Positions 8,029 through 15,373 of a stretch of DNA of 24,000 nucleotides are shown piece by piece. The notes under the pieces were generated by a model, which did not search any database, was not told the DNA's origin, and worked only from the letters and a program-made list of their open reading frames with translations. Location of the stretch: positions 9,702 to 33,701 of the forward strand of contig DATLXM010000138.1 in the NCBI GenBank assembly GCA_035575835.1. The letters run 5' to 3'. Both the position numbers and the translations under genes were made by a program. Each line of letters begins with the position of its first letter. Within the stretch, counting starts at the first letter, position 1. Source of the stretch: Gaiellaceae bacterium. GTDB taxonomy: Bacteria > Actinomycetota > Thermoleophilia > Gaiellales > Gaiellaceae.

Positions 8029-8765
8029 GACAGGACCTCACGTACACCGCGGAGCCGAGTCCGAATCATCGCCTGGGCGCGCGAGGAGTCGAGGGCGCAG
8101 TCGAGCGGGCGGTCGTCTGGCGCGGGCGCGCCGCGGAGCGGACGGCGCGCGACGAGCTCCGCGAACTCGAGCCGTGAGACCGCATCCGGGCCGGCGACGT
8201 GGAGCGGACCGGAGACGTCGAGCGCGGCGAGCTCGAGCAGCGCCCGGGCGAGGTCGCGGACGTGGACGGGCGTTCGGATCTCGTCCGTATAGAAGGTCAG
8301 GCTCGGGTCGTGGGCGGCGCGCTCGTGCTTCGATGGTGTAGAGCCCCGGTAGATCAACGAGGTTCGCACGATCAGGCCGCCCGGATGGGCCTCCTGCACC
8401 GCTTCCTCCGCCTCCGCTTTGGTGGCGCCGTACTCGGTCGCCGGGCACGGCGCGTCGGACTCGACGTATCGACCCTCTCTGCAACGGCCGCAGAAGACGA
8501 CGTCCGTCGAGAGATGCACGAGCCGCGCGTCCACCCAAGCGGCAGCGCGGGCGACGTTGCGTGAGCCCTCGACGTTGATCCCCCGCGCGTCCGGCCCGTC
8601 CTGACGGTAGGCGGTGTGGATCACGGCCTCCGGGCGCAGCCGGACGAAGAGCTCGGAGACGGCCGCCGAGTCGCGCACATCGACCCGTTCGGTGCTCGCG
8701 TTCGGGGCGAGCCCCACGAGCTCCGAGCCGAGGTAGCCGGTCGCGCCGGTGACATGGATCCGCAT
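8025..8765 (-). CDS. NAD(P)-dependent SDR, RmlD-like sugar-nucleotide reductase/epimerase family
   Basis: 246 aa. Rossmann N-terminus [16 protein letters not shown] and catalytic YGATK (YxxxK). The short-form length is typical of RmlD substrate-binding-domain proteins. Confidence 0.8.
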   Translation of the reverse strand: MRIHVTGATGYLGSELVGLAPNASTERVDVRDSAAVSELFVRLRPEAVIHTAYRQDGPDARGINVEGSRNVARAAAWVDARLVHLSTDVVFCGRCREGRYVESDAPCPATEYGATKAEAEEAVQEAHPGGLIVRTSLIYRGSTPSKHERAAHDPSLTFYTDEIRTPVHVRDLARALLELAALDVSGPLHVAGPDAVSRLEFAELVARRPLRGAPAPDDRPLDCALDSSRAQAMIRTRLRGVREVLS

Positions 8766-8771
8766 GCTCCC

Positions 8772-8777
8772 ACGCTA
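8772..8777 (-). promoter_or_regulatory. -10-like hexamer TAGCGT, 6 nt upstream of the SDR gene ATG (possible leaderless promoter)
   Basis: The minus strand reads ggaTAGCGTgggagcATG. The GGGAG is only 1 nt from the ATG, too close to act as an SD. Confidence 0.35.
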
Positions 8778-8791
8778 TCCGGCGCGCGCCG

Positions 8792-8797
8792 TAGGCT
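8792..8797 (+). promoter_or_regulatory. -10-like hexamer TAGGCT, 7 nt upstream of the small membrane protein ATG (possible leaderless promoter)
   Basis: The plus strand reads cgccgTAGGCTcgccgccATG (ATG at 8805). There is no SD. Confidence 0.4.
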
Positions 8798-8804
8798 CGC
8801 CGCC

Positions 8805-9224
8805 ATGAAACGGACATTCACGTGGATTCAGCTCGTTCTGGCCGGGCTCGTCGTTCTCGGCGTCTGGCTGCAGGTCTACTTCATCGCGGCGTACTTCTTC
8901 GGCGCGGTCGACGCGCTCGACGCGCACCAGGCGGTCGGCAGCATCACGCACCTGGCCGAGGTGCTCGTCTTCCTCGCGGCGCTCGGCGCGTGGTGGCGCA
9001 ACTGGGGCCGGATCGGCCACGCCTTCGCGCTGGCCGCGATCGGGACGATCCAGATCGCCCTGACCGACTCGAGCGCCTGGGTCGGCGGCCTCCACGGCCT
9101 GCTCGCGCTCGTGATCCTCGTCCTGGCGGTCTTCATCGTCAAGGACGACGTCGCGGCCCTCGGGCTCAGGCGTGCTTCGCGCGACGGTGACGCAGGTAGC
9201 GCACCGTCTCGACCACTCCGGTGA
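8805..9224 (+). CDS. Small integral membrane protein (4 predicted TM helices), function unknown
   Basis: 139 aa starting at MKRTFTWIQLVLAGLVVLGVWLQVYFIAAYFF. There are four hydrophobic stretches. The upstream part of ORF 8616..9224 is antisense to the SDR gene and was discarded. Confidence 0.7.
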   Translation: MKRTFTWIQLVLAGLVVLGVWLQVYFIAAYFFGAVDALDAHQAVGSITHLAEVLVFLAALGAWWRNWGRIGHAFALAAIGTIQIALTDSSAWVGGLHGLLALVILVLAVFIVKDDVAALGLRRASRDGDAGSAPSRPLR

Positions 9225-9768
9225 CGGCGACCGCGATCGCAAATGCGAGGAGGAGTCCCTTCCAGGGCTCCTCCTCGAACGTCTTGCCGCCGAAGTAGCC
9301 GAGCAGAACCGTGTACGACCCCCAGATCGCGCCGGCGATCGCGTCGAAGAAGATGAAGCGCCGCCAGGACATCGCGTCGAGCGTGCCCGCGACGAAGGTG
9401 GTCGCGGTCCGGCCGCCGGGGATGAAGCGCGCGACCACGATCAGGTATCCGCCTCGCTGCTCGAGCTGCGTTTCCGCCCAGCGCAACCGTTTCTGGGCCT
9501 TCTCTCCGGAGAAGAACCGTCTAATCACGCGCGGCCCGAAGAAGTGGCCGCCCGCGTAGGAGATGTTGTCTCCGACGATCGCTCCGAGCGCTGCGGCCGG
9601 GATCAGGAACTCGAGGCGCAGGTCGCCGGCTCCGGCGACGACGCCTGCCGCGATCGCGGTCGCTTCGCTCGGTACGAGCGGAAAGAACGCGTCCAGCATC
9701 GCGACGAGGAAGACCACGCCGTAACTCCACGAGGAGCCGGAGACCGCGTCGACGAAGGTCTCGAACAC
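9166..9768 (-). CDS. DedA-family (VTT/SNARE-associated domain) membrane protein
   Basis: 200 aa. Motifs LDAFFPLVPSEATAIAAG, GDNISYAGG..FG, GGYLIVVARFIPGGRTATTFVAG. GTG start at 9768 with GGAAGGA upstream. Confidence 0.9.
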   Translation of the reverse strand: MFETFVDAVSGSSWSYGVVFLVAMLDAFFPLVPSEATAIAAGVVAGAGDLRLEFLIPAAALGAIVGDNISYAGGHFFGPRVIRRFFSGEKAQKRLRWAETQLEQRGGYLIVVARFIPGGRTATTFVAGTLDAMSWRRFIFFDAIAGAIWGSYTVLLGYFGGKTFEEEPWKGLLLAFAIAVAVTGVVETVRYLRHRRAKHA

Positions 9769-9786
9769 GGCCTCATCCTTCCAGCG

Positions 9787-10995
9787 ATGATGTCGGCCGT
9801 GCCGTTCCTACCCCTCCAGGGCGTTCGCGTGCTCGATCTGACGAGTTCGCTCGCGGGCCCGACATCGACCGAGATCCTCAGCTCGCTCGGAGCCGACGTG
9901 ATCAAGATCGAGCACCCGGGCCGGGGCGACGAGGCCCGCGACTGGGGGCCCCGGTTCTTCGAAGGCGGCAGCGTCATGTTCTTCTCCGCGAACGCGGGGA
10001 AGCGCTCGCTCGCGCTCGATCTCAAGGACGAGCGGGGCCGCGAAGCGCTGTTGCGGCTGGCCGAGGGGGCGGACGTCGCCGTCCAGAGCCTCCGCCCCGG
10101 CACCGCCGAGCGGCTCGGGATCGGGCCCGACGACCTGCGCGCGCGCAACCCGAAGCTCGTCTACTGCACGATCGGCGCCTTCGGCCGCAAGGGGCCGCTC
10201 GCGGCCGAGCCCGGCTACGACCCGCTGATGCAGGCGGCGGCCGGGCTGATGAGCGTGACCGGAGAAGCCGACCGTCCGCCGGTCCGCGTCGGCGTCTCGC
10301 TGATCGACATCGGGACGGGCGTCTGGGCGGCGCTCGCGATCCTGGCTGCGCTCCACGAGGGCGAGGGCCGCACGCTCGACCTCTCGCTCTACGAGACGGC
10401 GCTAGCGCTGCTCCCCTACCAACTGTCCGACGTGCTCGCCGGAGGCGCGACTCCGGGACGCCACGGAACGGCGTTCCCGCTGATCGCCCCCTATGAGGTC
10501 TTCCCCACTGCGGACGGCGAGCTGATGATCGTCGCCGGGAACGACCGCCTCTTCGCGTCGCTCTGTGCCGTGCTCGACGCCCCCGACCTCGCGGCCGACG
10601 TTCGCTTCGGCTCGAACCCACTCCGGGTCGAGCATCGCGACGAGCTCGTCGAGCTCCTGCGCCCGCGAATCGCGCTGCACGCGACGGACGACCTGCTCGA
10701 GCGACTGCGGGGCGCAGGAGTTCCCGCCTCGCCCGTCCTCGACGTCGGCGAAGTCGCGGCGCACGAGCAGACCAGGGCGACGGGGATGCTCCAGGAGCTC
10801 GCCGGCGGGACGATCGTGGCGCCTCCGTTCTCGGCCGACGGCGAGCGCGTCCTCCACCGGAGTGACCCTCCGCTCCTCGGCGAGCACACCGCCGAGATCC
10901 TCGCCGAGGCGGGTTACGACGGGGCCGAGATCGAGGCACTTGCGGCGGCGGGAGTCGTGCGGGTCGGTCAGCCGGGGAAGCCCCCGGCGCGGTAG
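9787..10995 (+). CDS. Family III CoA-transferase (CaiB/BaiF/Frc type)
   Basis: 402 aa starting at MMSAVPFLPLQGVRVLDLTSSLAGPTSTEILSSLGADVIKIEHP.RGDEARDWGP. Also LKLDLK-like LALDLKDERGREALLRLAEGADV. The N-terminal extension of ORF 9172..10995 is antisense to DedA and was discarded. Confidence 0.9.
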   Translation: MMSAVPFLPLQGVRVLDLTSSLAGPTSTEILSSLGADVIKIEHPGRGDEARDWGPRFFEGGSVMFFSANAGKRSLALDLKDERGREALLRLAEGADVAVQSLRPGTAERLGIGPDDLRARNPKLVYCTIGAFGRKGPLAAEPGYDPLMQAAAGLMSVTGEADRPPVRVGVSLIDIGTGVWAALAILAALHEGEGRTLDLSLYETALALLPYQLSDVLAGGATPGRHGTAFPLIAPYEVFPTADGELMIVAGNDRLFASLCAVLDAPDLAADVRFGSNPLRVEHRDELVELLRPRIALHATDDLLERLRGAGVPASPVLDVGEVAAHEQTRATGMLQELAGGTIVAPPFSADGERVLHRSDPPLLGEHTAEILAEAGYDGAEIEALAAAGVVRVGQPGKPPAR

Positions 10996-11840
10996 ACCCG
11001 GCCGGGGAGCTCGCGGCCGAGCAGCCCTTCGAGCCACTGCGCGACCCCGATCAGCCCCTCGAGGTCGATCCCGGTGTCGACGCCCTCGCGCTCGAGCAGG
11101 TAGAGGACGTCCTCGGTGGCGACGTTGCCGGTGGCGCGCGGAGCGAAGGGACAGCCGCCGAGGCCGCCGACCGAGGCGTCGAGCACCGTCGCACCGGCCT
11201 CGAGCGCCGCCCAGGCGCAGGCGACGCCCGTGTGGCGTGTGTCGTGGAAGTGGCCGCCCGTCGCGGCGCCGAGCGTCGAGCAGCGCTCGACGAGGGCCTT
11301 GACCCGTCCGGGTGTCGCGACCCCGATCGTGTCGGCGAGGACGATCTCGTCGGCGCCCGCAGCGACGAGCCTGCTCGCGAGCTCGGCGACGACGCCGGAG
11401 TCGACCTCCCCCTCGAAAGGGCAGCCGAAGGAGCAGCTGATCGTCGCCGTCGCGGGCAGCGTCGCCGCAGCAAGGATTCGCTCGACGCGTCCGACCGCCT
11501 CGGGAAGCGAGGCGTTCCCGTTTCGCTGGTTGAAGCTGTCGGTCGCCGCGAGGGTCACGTTGACCCGTCCGAGCGACGTCGCGGCGAGCCGCTCCCAACC
11601 GCGCTCGTTGAGCACGAGGCCGACCAGCTCGGCCGAGACGTCACCTGCGGCCGAGACCACCTCCTCCGCCCCGGCCATCTGCGGCACCCGCTCGGCACTG
11701 ACGAAGCTGACCGCCTCGATTCGCGGCAATCCCGTTGACGCGAGCCGCTGAACGAGCTCGGCCCGGACTCCGGGAGCGAGGATCTCGGGCTCGTTCTGGA
11801 GCCCGTCTCTCGGCCCGACGTCGCAGAGGATGACCGTCAC
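10968..11840 (-). CDS. Hydroxymethylglutaryl-CoA lyase-like (HMGL-like, DRE-TIM) lyase
   Basis: 290 aa. Motifs ILCDVGPRDGLQNE, LADTIGVATPGRV and HFHDTRHTGVACAWAALEAGATVLDASVGGLGGCPFAPRATGNVATEDVLYLL. GTG start at 11840. Confidence 0.9.
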   Translation of the reverse strand: MTVILCDVGPRDGLQNEPEILAPGVRAELVQRLASTGLPRIEAVSFVSAERVPQMAGAEEVVSAAGDVSAELVGLVLNERGWERLAATSLGRVNVTLAATDSFNQRNGNASLPEAVGRVERILAAATLPATATISCSFGCPFEGEVDSGVVAELASRLVAAGADEIVLADTIGVATPGRVKALVERCSTLGAATGGHFHDTRHTGVACAWAALEAGATVLDASVGGLGGCPFAPRATGNVATEDVLYLLEREGVDTGIDLEGLIGVAQWLEGLLGRELPGRVYRAGGFPG

Positions 11841-11846
11841 CGTCCG

Positions 11847-11852
11847 AGCCTA
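11847..11852 (-). promoter_or_regulatory. -10-like hexamer TAGGCT, 6 nt upstream of the HMG-CoA-lyase-like GTG (possible leaderless promoter)
   Basis: The minus strand reads tcggaTAGGCTcggacgGTG. No convincing SD is present. Confidence 0.4.
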
Positions 11853-11904
11853 TCCGAGCCCTCTCCCTCGCCAGCCGGCCCTCCCGGGGCTGCGGCGATC
11901 GCGG

Positions 11905-11927
11905 CTGCCGCCGGAGCTCTCCGGCAG
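11905..11927 (-). terminator. Possible hairpin after the ABC permease gene
   Basis: CTGCCGCCGGAG-CT-CTCCGGCAG. The core GCCGGAG/CTCCGGC is perfect and the outer part has a 2-nt bulge. It lies 27 nt after the stop at 11954. No U-tract on the minus strand. Confidence 0.3.
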
Positions 11928-11953
11928 TTTGCACGGCGCCGAGAAGAGCGGGC

Positions 11954-14512
11954 CTATTCGTACTGGAGCGCCTTGAGCGGGTCGAGCTTTGCCGCTCGGC
12001 GGGCCGGGAAGATCGCGGCCAGGATCCCGACGAAGATCGTCAGCACCGCGAAGACGATGATCTGCGTCGTCGGGAGGACGAACTCGATGAAGTCGACGCG
12101 CGCGATCAGGAGCGCCCCGAGCACGACGCCGAGGATGATTCCGAGAACGCCGCCGATCAGCGCGGTGATCACGCTCTCGTGCCGGATCATCCGCCGCACC
12201 TGACGACGCGTCATCCCGATCGCGCGGAGCATCCCGAGCTCGCGCGTGCGCTCGAACACGGTCAGGACGAGCGTGTTCACGATCCCGAAGAGGCTCACGA
12301 TCACGGAGAGCGCGAGCAGGACGTAGAGGATGTTCAGGATCTGGTTCAGGCCGGCGATCTGGTTGTCCACGAACTCGTCGCGCGTCTGCGCCTTCGCGTT
12401 CGGGAACTCCGCGAGCGCGGCCTCGAGCGCCTTCGTGTTCGCTTCGGTCGTGTCGCCCGTCGTCTGGATGAACGTGAAGAGGTTGCGTGGGGACTGGTAC
12501 TCGCGGTCGAAGGTCGCGCTGGAGAACGTGACTCTCCCGAAGGGCGAGCCGCCGGTCGGTGGGTCGAAGATCCCCTTGACCTCCAGCGCGAGGCGCTTGC
12601 CGGAGGGCACGATCACCGTGATCGGCGAGCCGACGCTCAGGTCGTGGCCGGCGGCGTAGTCGTCGTCCACGAAAGCACCGTTTGCTCCGAGCTCCCGGAA
12701 GACGGCCTGCGAGCCCTCCTTCCACTCGAGCGTGATCACCTCGCCCGTCTCCGGCTCCACGGCGGTCACGAACTCGGTCGTGTCGAAGATCCGCGCTTCG
12801 GCGGTGCGGGTGCTCGCGATCGACTCGACGCCCGGTGCGTCGGCGGCGGCCGCAGCGGCCTCGATCGGGATCGGGGAGAAGTTGTTCTGAGCCGTGATCG
12901 CGTAGTCGGACGTGAAGACGTCGTCGACGGCGCCGCGGAACGTCCCGGTGATCCCGGCGGCGAGCGTGGCCACGAGCGTCACGAGTGCGAGCCCGATCAT
13001 CAAGGCCGACGCGGTCGAGGCGGTGCGCTGCGGGTTCCGCCGCGCGTTGTCGCGGGCGAGCGTGCCGGCGGCACCTCCGATCCGCGCAGCGGGCGCTCCC
13101 AGCGCGACCACGAGCGGACGGACGAGCCGAGCCGCGAAGAGTGCGACCCCGACGAAGATCAGGAGAGCCCCCAGACCCATCCAGATCAAGACCTCGGTCG
13201 TCCCGAGCCCGTCGCCGAAGAGGCCGTAGGCGAGCGAGGCGAACCCGAGCGCGATCACCGCGAGCGAACCGAAGGTGCGGAAGCGCGCGAAGCGCGATTC
13301 CGGCAGCGTCGCACCCTCGCGCACGGCCGCGATCGGGGGAACGCGGGTCGCGCGGATCGCGGGTCGCAGGCTGGCGAGCAGGGTCACGACGATCCCGACG
13401 AGCAGCGAGACGACGATCGTCCTCGTCTCGAAGAGGAGGCCGCTGTTCGGGAGAGTGAAGCCGACCAGGTCGAAGAGCCAGAAGAGCGCCTTCGCGAGCC
13501 CGAGGCCCGAGAAGAGCCCGATCACGGACGCGATCACGCCGACGACGAGGGCCTCGACGATGATCGACCCGAGAATCTGCTTGCGGGAGGCTCCGAGCAT
13601 CCGCACGGTCGCGAACTCACGCGCTCGCTGGGCGATCGTGATCGAGAGGGAGTTCGCGATCACGAAGCTGCCGACGAAGAGCGCGATCCCGGCGAACGCC
13701 AGGAGGAAGCTCTGAAGGAAGGTGATGAACTCGTTCGTGCCGGACGCGTCGTCCGCGGCCTGGGCCTGGCCGGTCCGGACCTGGGTGCCTTCCGGAAGCG
13801 CAGCCTTCAGGTTGGCGATCAACTGCGCGTCGGTCGTGCCGGCGGACGCGGCGACCGCGATCTCGTCGAGCTTGCCCTCCTTCTCGAACAGCCGCTGGGC
13901 CGTCGGGAGGTCGAAGCCGGCGAGCGTGGCGCCGCCGATCGAGATCGAGGCATTGAGGCGCACGAAGCCGGAGACCTGCAGCCGCGCGACTGCTCCCTCG
14001 GCCTGGACGCCGATCGTCTCGCCGATCTCGAAACCTTCCTCCTCGGCGGTGCCGGTGTCGATCACGACCTCGTTCGGGCCGGGCCAGTCGCCCTCTTCGA
14101 GTGCGAGGGGGTTGAACGCCGACTCGCCGTCCGCGATCGCGAAGCCGAGGTTGGGAGCGCCGCCGTTGACGACTGCCTTGCCGTCGCGGCCGATCAGGGT
14201 GGTCGACTCGCTGTCCACGCTTCCCTCCGCGAGGGAGACGCCGTCGACGCCGCGCACGGTCTGGAGGACGCTCTCGTCGAAGGCCGGTGCGGACGCGCCG
14301 CTCCCGTCCGAGAGGTCGAAGGCCGCCTTGCCGCTGACGACGGCGTTCGAGCCCTTGCGCACCTCGGTGAAGATCGTGTCGAACGCGGAGTCGATCGAGT
14401 CGGTGAGGACGTAGGTGCCGCTGATCATCGCGACGCCGAGGACGATCGCGAGCGCAGTCAGGGCGGTGCGGAGCTTGCGGCCGAGGAGGCCCTTGAGCGC
14501 GAACTTGGTCAC
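11954..14512 (-). CDS. ABC transporter permease with two FtsX/MacB-type domains (fused double permease)
   Basis: 852 aa from GTG 14512, which overlaps the ATPase stop (GTGA). N-terminus VTKFALKGLLGRKLRTALTALAIVLGVAMISGTYVLTDSI. There are two blocks of TM helices, each preceded by a large hydrophilic (periplasmic/extracytoplasmic) domain. The C-terminal FtsX signature is ERTRELGMLRAIGMTRRQV. The upstream part of the 973-aa ORF is out of frame over the ATPase gene. Confidence 0.9.
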   Translation of the reverse strand: MTKFALKGLLGRKLRTALTALAIVLGVAMISGTYVLTDSIDSAFDTIFTEVRKGSNAVVSGKAAFDLSDGSGASAPAFDESVLQTVRGVDGVSLAEGSVDSESTTLIGRDGKAVVNGGAPNLGFAIADGESAFNPLALEEGDWPGPNEVVIDTGTAEEEGFEIGETIGVQAEGAVARLQVSGFVRLNASISIGGATLAGFDLPTAQRLFEKEGKLDEIAVAASAGTTDAQLIANLKAALPEGTQVRTGQAQAADDASGTNEFITFLQSFLLAFAGIALFVGSFVIANSLSITIAQRAREFATVRMLGASRKQILGSIIVEALVVGVIASVIGLFSGLGLAKALFWLFDLVGFTLPNSGLLFETRTIVVSLLVGIVVTLLASLRPAIRATRVPPIAAVREGATLPESRFARFRTFGSLAVIALGFASLAYGLFGDGLGTTEVLIWMGLGALLIFVGVALFAARLVRPLVVALGAPAARIGGAAGTLARDNARRNPQRTASTASALMIGLALVTLVATLAAGITGTFRGAVDDVFTSDYAITAQNNFSPIPIEAAAAAADAPGVESIASTRTAEARIFDTTEFVTAVEPETGEVITLEWKEGSQAVFRELGANGAFVDDDYAAGHDLSVGSPITVIVPSGKRLALEVKGIFDPPTGGSPFGRVTFSSATFDREYQSPRNLFTFIQTTGDTTEANTKALEAALAEFPNAKAQTRDEFVDNQIAGLNQILNILYVLLALSVIVSLFGIVNTLVLTVFERTRELGMLRAIGMTRRQVRRMIRHESVITALIGGVLGIILGVVLGALLIARVDFIEFVLPTTQIIVFAVLTIFVGILAAIFPARRAAKLDPLKALQYE

Positions 14513-15252
14513 GCCGCGGAGAGCTGATTCAGCGTTTCGAGGATCTCGGCCTGGGTCGCGCCGGGCAGGTCGCGGACGATCCGCCCGTCGGCGAGGAAGA
14601 GGATCCGGTCGGCGATCGCGGCCGCTCGTGCCTCGTGCGTGACCATCACCGTGGTCTGGCCGTACGTGTCGACGGAGTCGCGCATCAGGGTCAGGATTTC
14701 CCCGCCAGTGGTGGAGTCGAGATTCCCCGTCGGCTCGTCGGCGAAGAGCACCGTCGGCCGCGAGACGAGCGCCCGTGCGATTGCGACCCGCTGCTGCTGG
14801 CCCCCGGAGAGCTCCGAGGGCCTGTGGCTGAGGCGGTCCTTCAGCCCGACCTTGTCGATCAGGCCGCTGAACCACTCCGCGTCAGGCTTCTCGCCCGCAA
14901 TCGCGAGCGGGAGCGTGATGTTCTCCTCCGCGGTCAGCATCGGAAGCAGGTTGAAGAACTGGAAGACGAAGCCGATGTGGCGACGCCGGAGCTTGGTCAG
15001 GTCGGAGTCCTTCAGGGTCGTGATTTCGGTCCCGGAGATCTCGACGGTGCCGGTCGTCGGCTTGTCGAGCCCCGCGAGGATGTGCATCAAGGTCGACTTG
15101 CCGGACCCGGACGGCCCCATCACAGCGGTCAGCTTGCCCTGCTGGACCTCGAGCGAGACGCTCTTGAGCGCGTCCACTGCGGTGTCACCCTGTCCATAAC
15201 GGCGCGAGACGTCGTCGGCGACGACGACTGCGCCCGTCGATCCATTCTCCAT
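14509..15252 (-). CDS. ABC transporter ATP-binding protein (MacB/LolD-like)
   Basis: 247 aa. Walker A GPSGSGKST, signature LSGGQQQRVAIARAL, Walker B VLFADEPTGNLD. ATG at 15252 with AGGAGGG upstream. Confidence 0.95.
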   Translation of the reverse strand: MENGSTGAVVVADDVSRRYGQGDTAVDALKSVSLEVQQGKLTAVMGPSGSGKSTLMHILAGLDKPTTGTVEISGTEITTLKDSDLTKLRRRHIGFVFQFFNLLPMLTAEENITLPLAIAGEKPDAEWFSGLIDKVGLKDRLSHRPSELSGGQQQRVAIARALVSRPTVLFADEPTGNLDSTTGGEILTLMRDSVDTYGQTTVMVTHEARAAAIADRILFLADGRIVRDLPGATQAEILETLNQLSAA

Positions 15253-15310
15253 CTGCCCTCCTGTCCGGTCATCTCGACCCTAGCCTGCCGGGCGGCGGCC
15301 GTGGTTGGGA

Positions 15311-15324
15311 TGCGGTTAACCGCA
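15311..15324. promoter_or_regulatory. Perfect 14-bp palindrome TGCGGTTAACCGCA upstream of the ABC exporter operon (candidate operator, or a weak hairpin)
   Basis: Read directly. It lies 59-72 nt upstream of the ATPase ATG (15252) and 50 nt downstream of the preceding stop (15374). It is the only long AT-centred palindrome in this 121-bp gap. Confidence 0.3.
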
Positions 15325-15373
15325 CTCTTTCGTCATGGGCGGCCAAGTGGCTCGTTCCCAACTTCGCTCGAGC

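Noticed and set aside
8781-8790. GGCGCGCGCC palindrome between the divergent starts, as a possible operator
   Set aside because: Pure-GC 10-mers of this kind are expected by chance in a ~70% G+C sequence, and similar runs occur inside coding regions.
12179-14527. 782-aa plus-strand ORF antisense to the ABC permease. Similar cases are 7213..8292, 17174..18664 and 20115..21665.
   Set aside because: Same reasoning: they have a repetitive charged composition, no start context and no recognisable domains, and each mirrors a confidently assigned gene on the other strand.
14513-14875. N-terminal extensions of the multi-gene run-on ORFs: 11954..14875, 17225..19336, 18670..21606 and 21491..23956
   Set aside because: Each extension is an out-of-frame read over the upstream gene. 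The real starts are the GTG/ATG/TTG codons that form 4-nt start/stop overlaps with the preceding gene.
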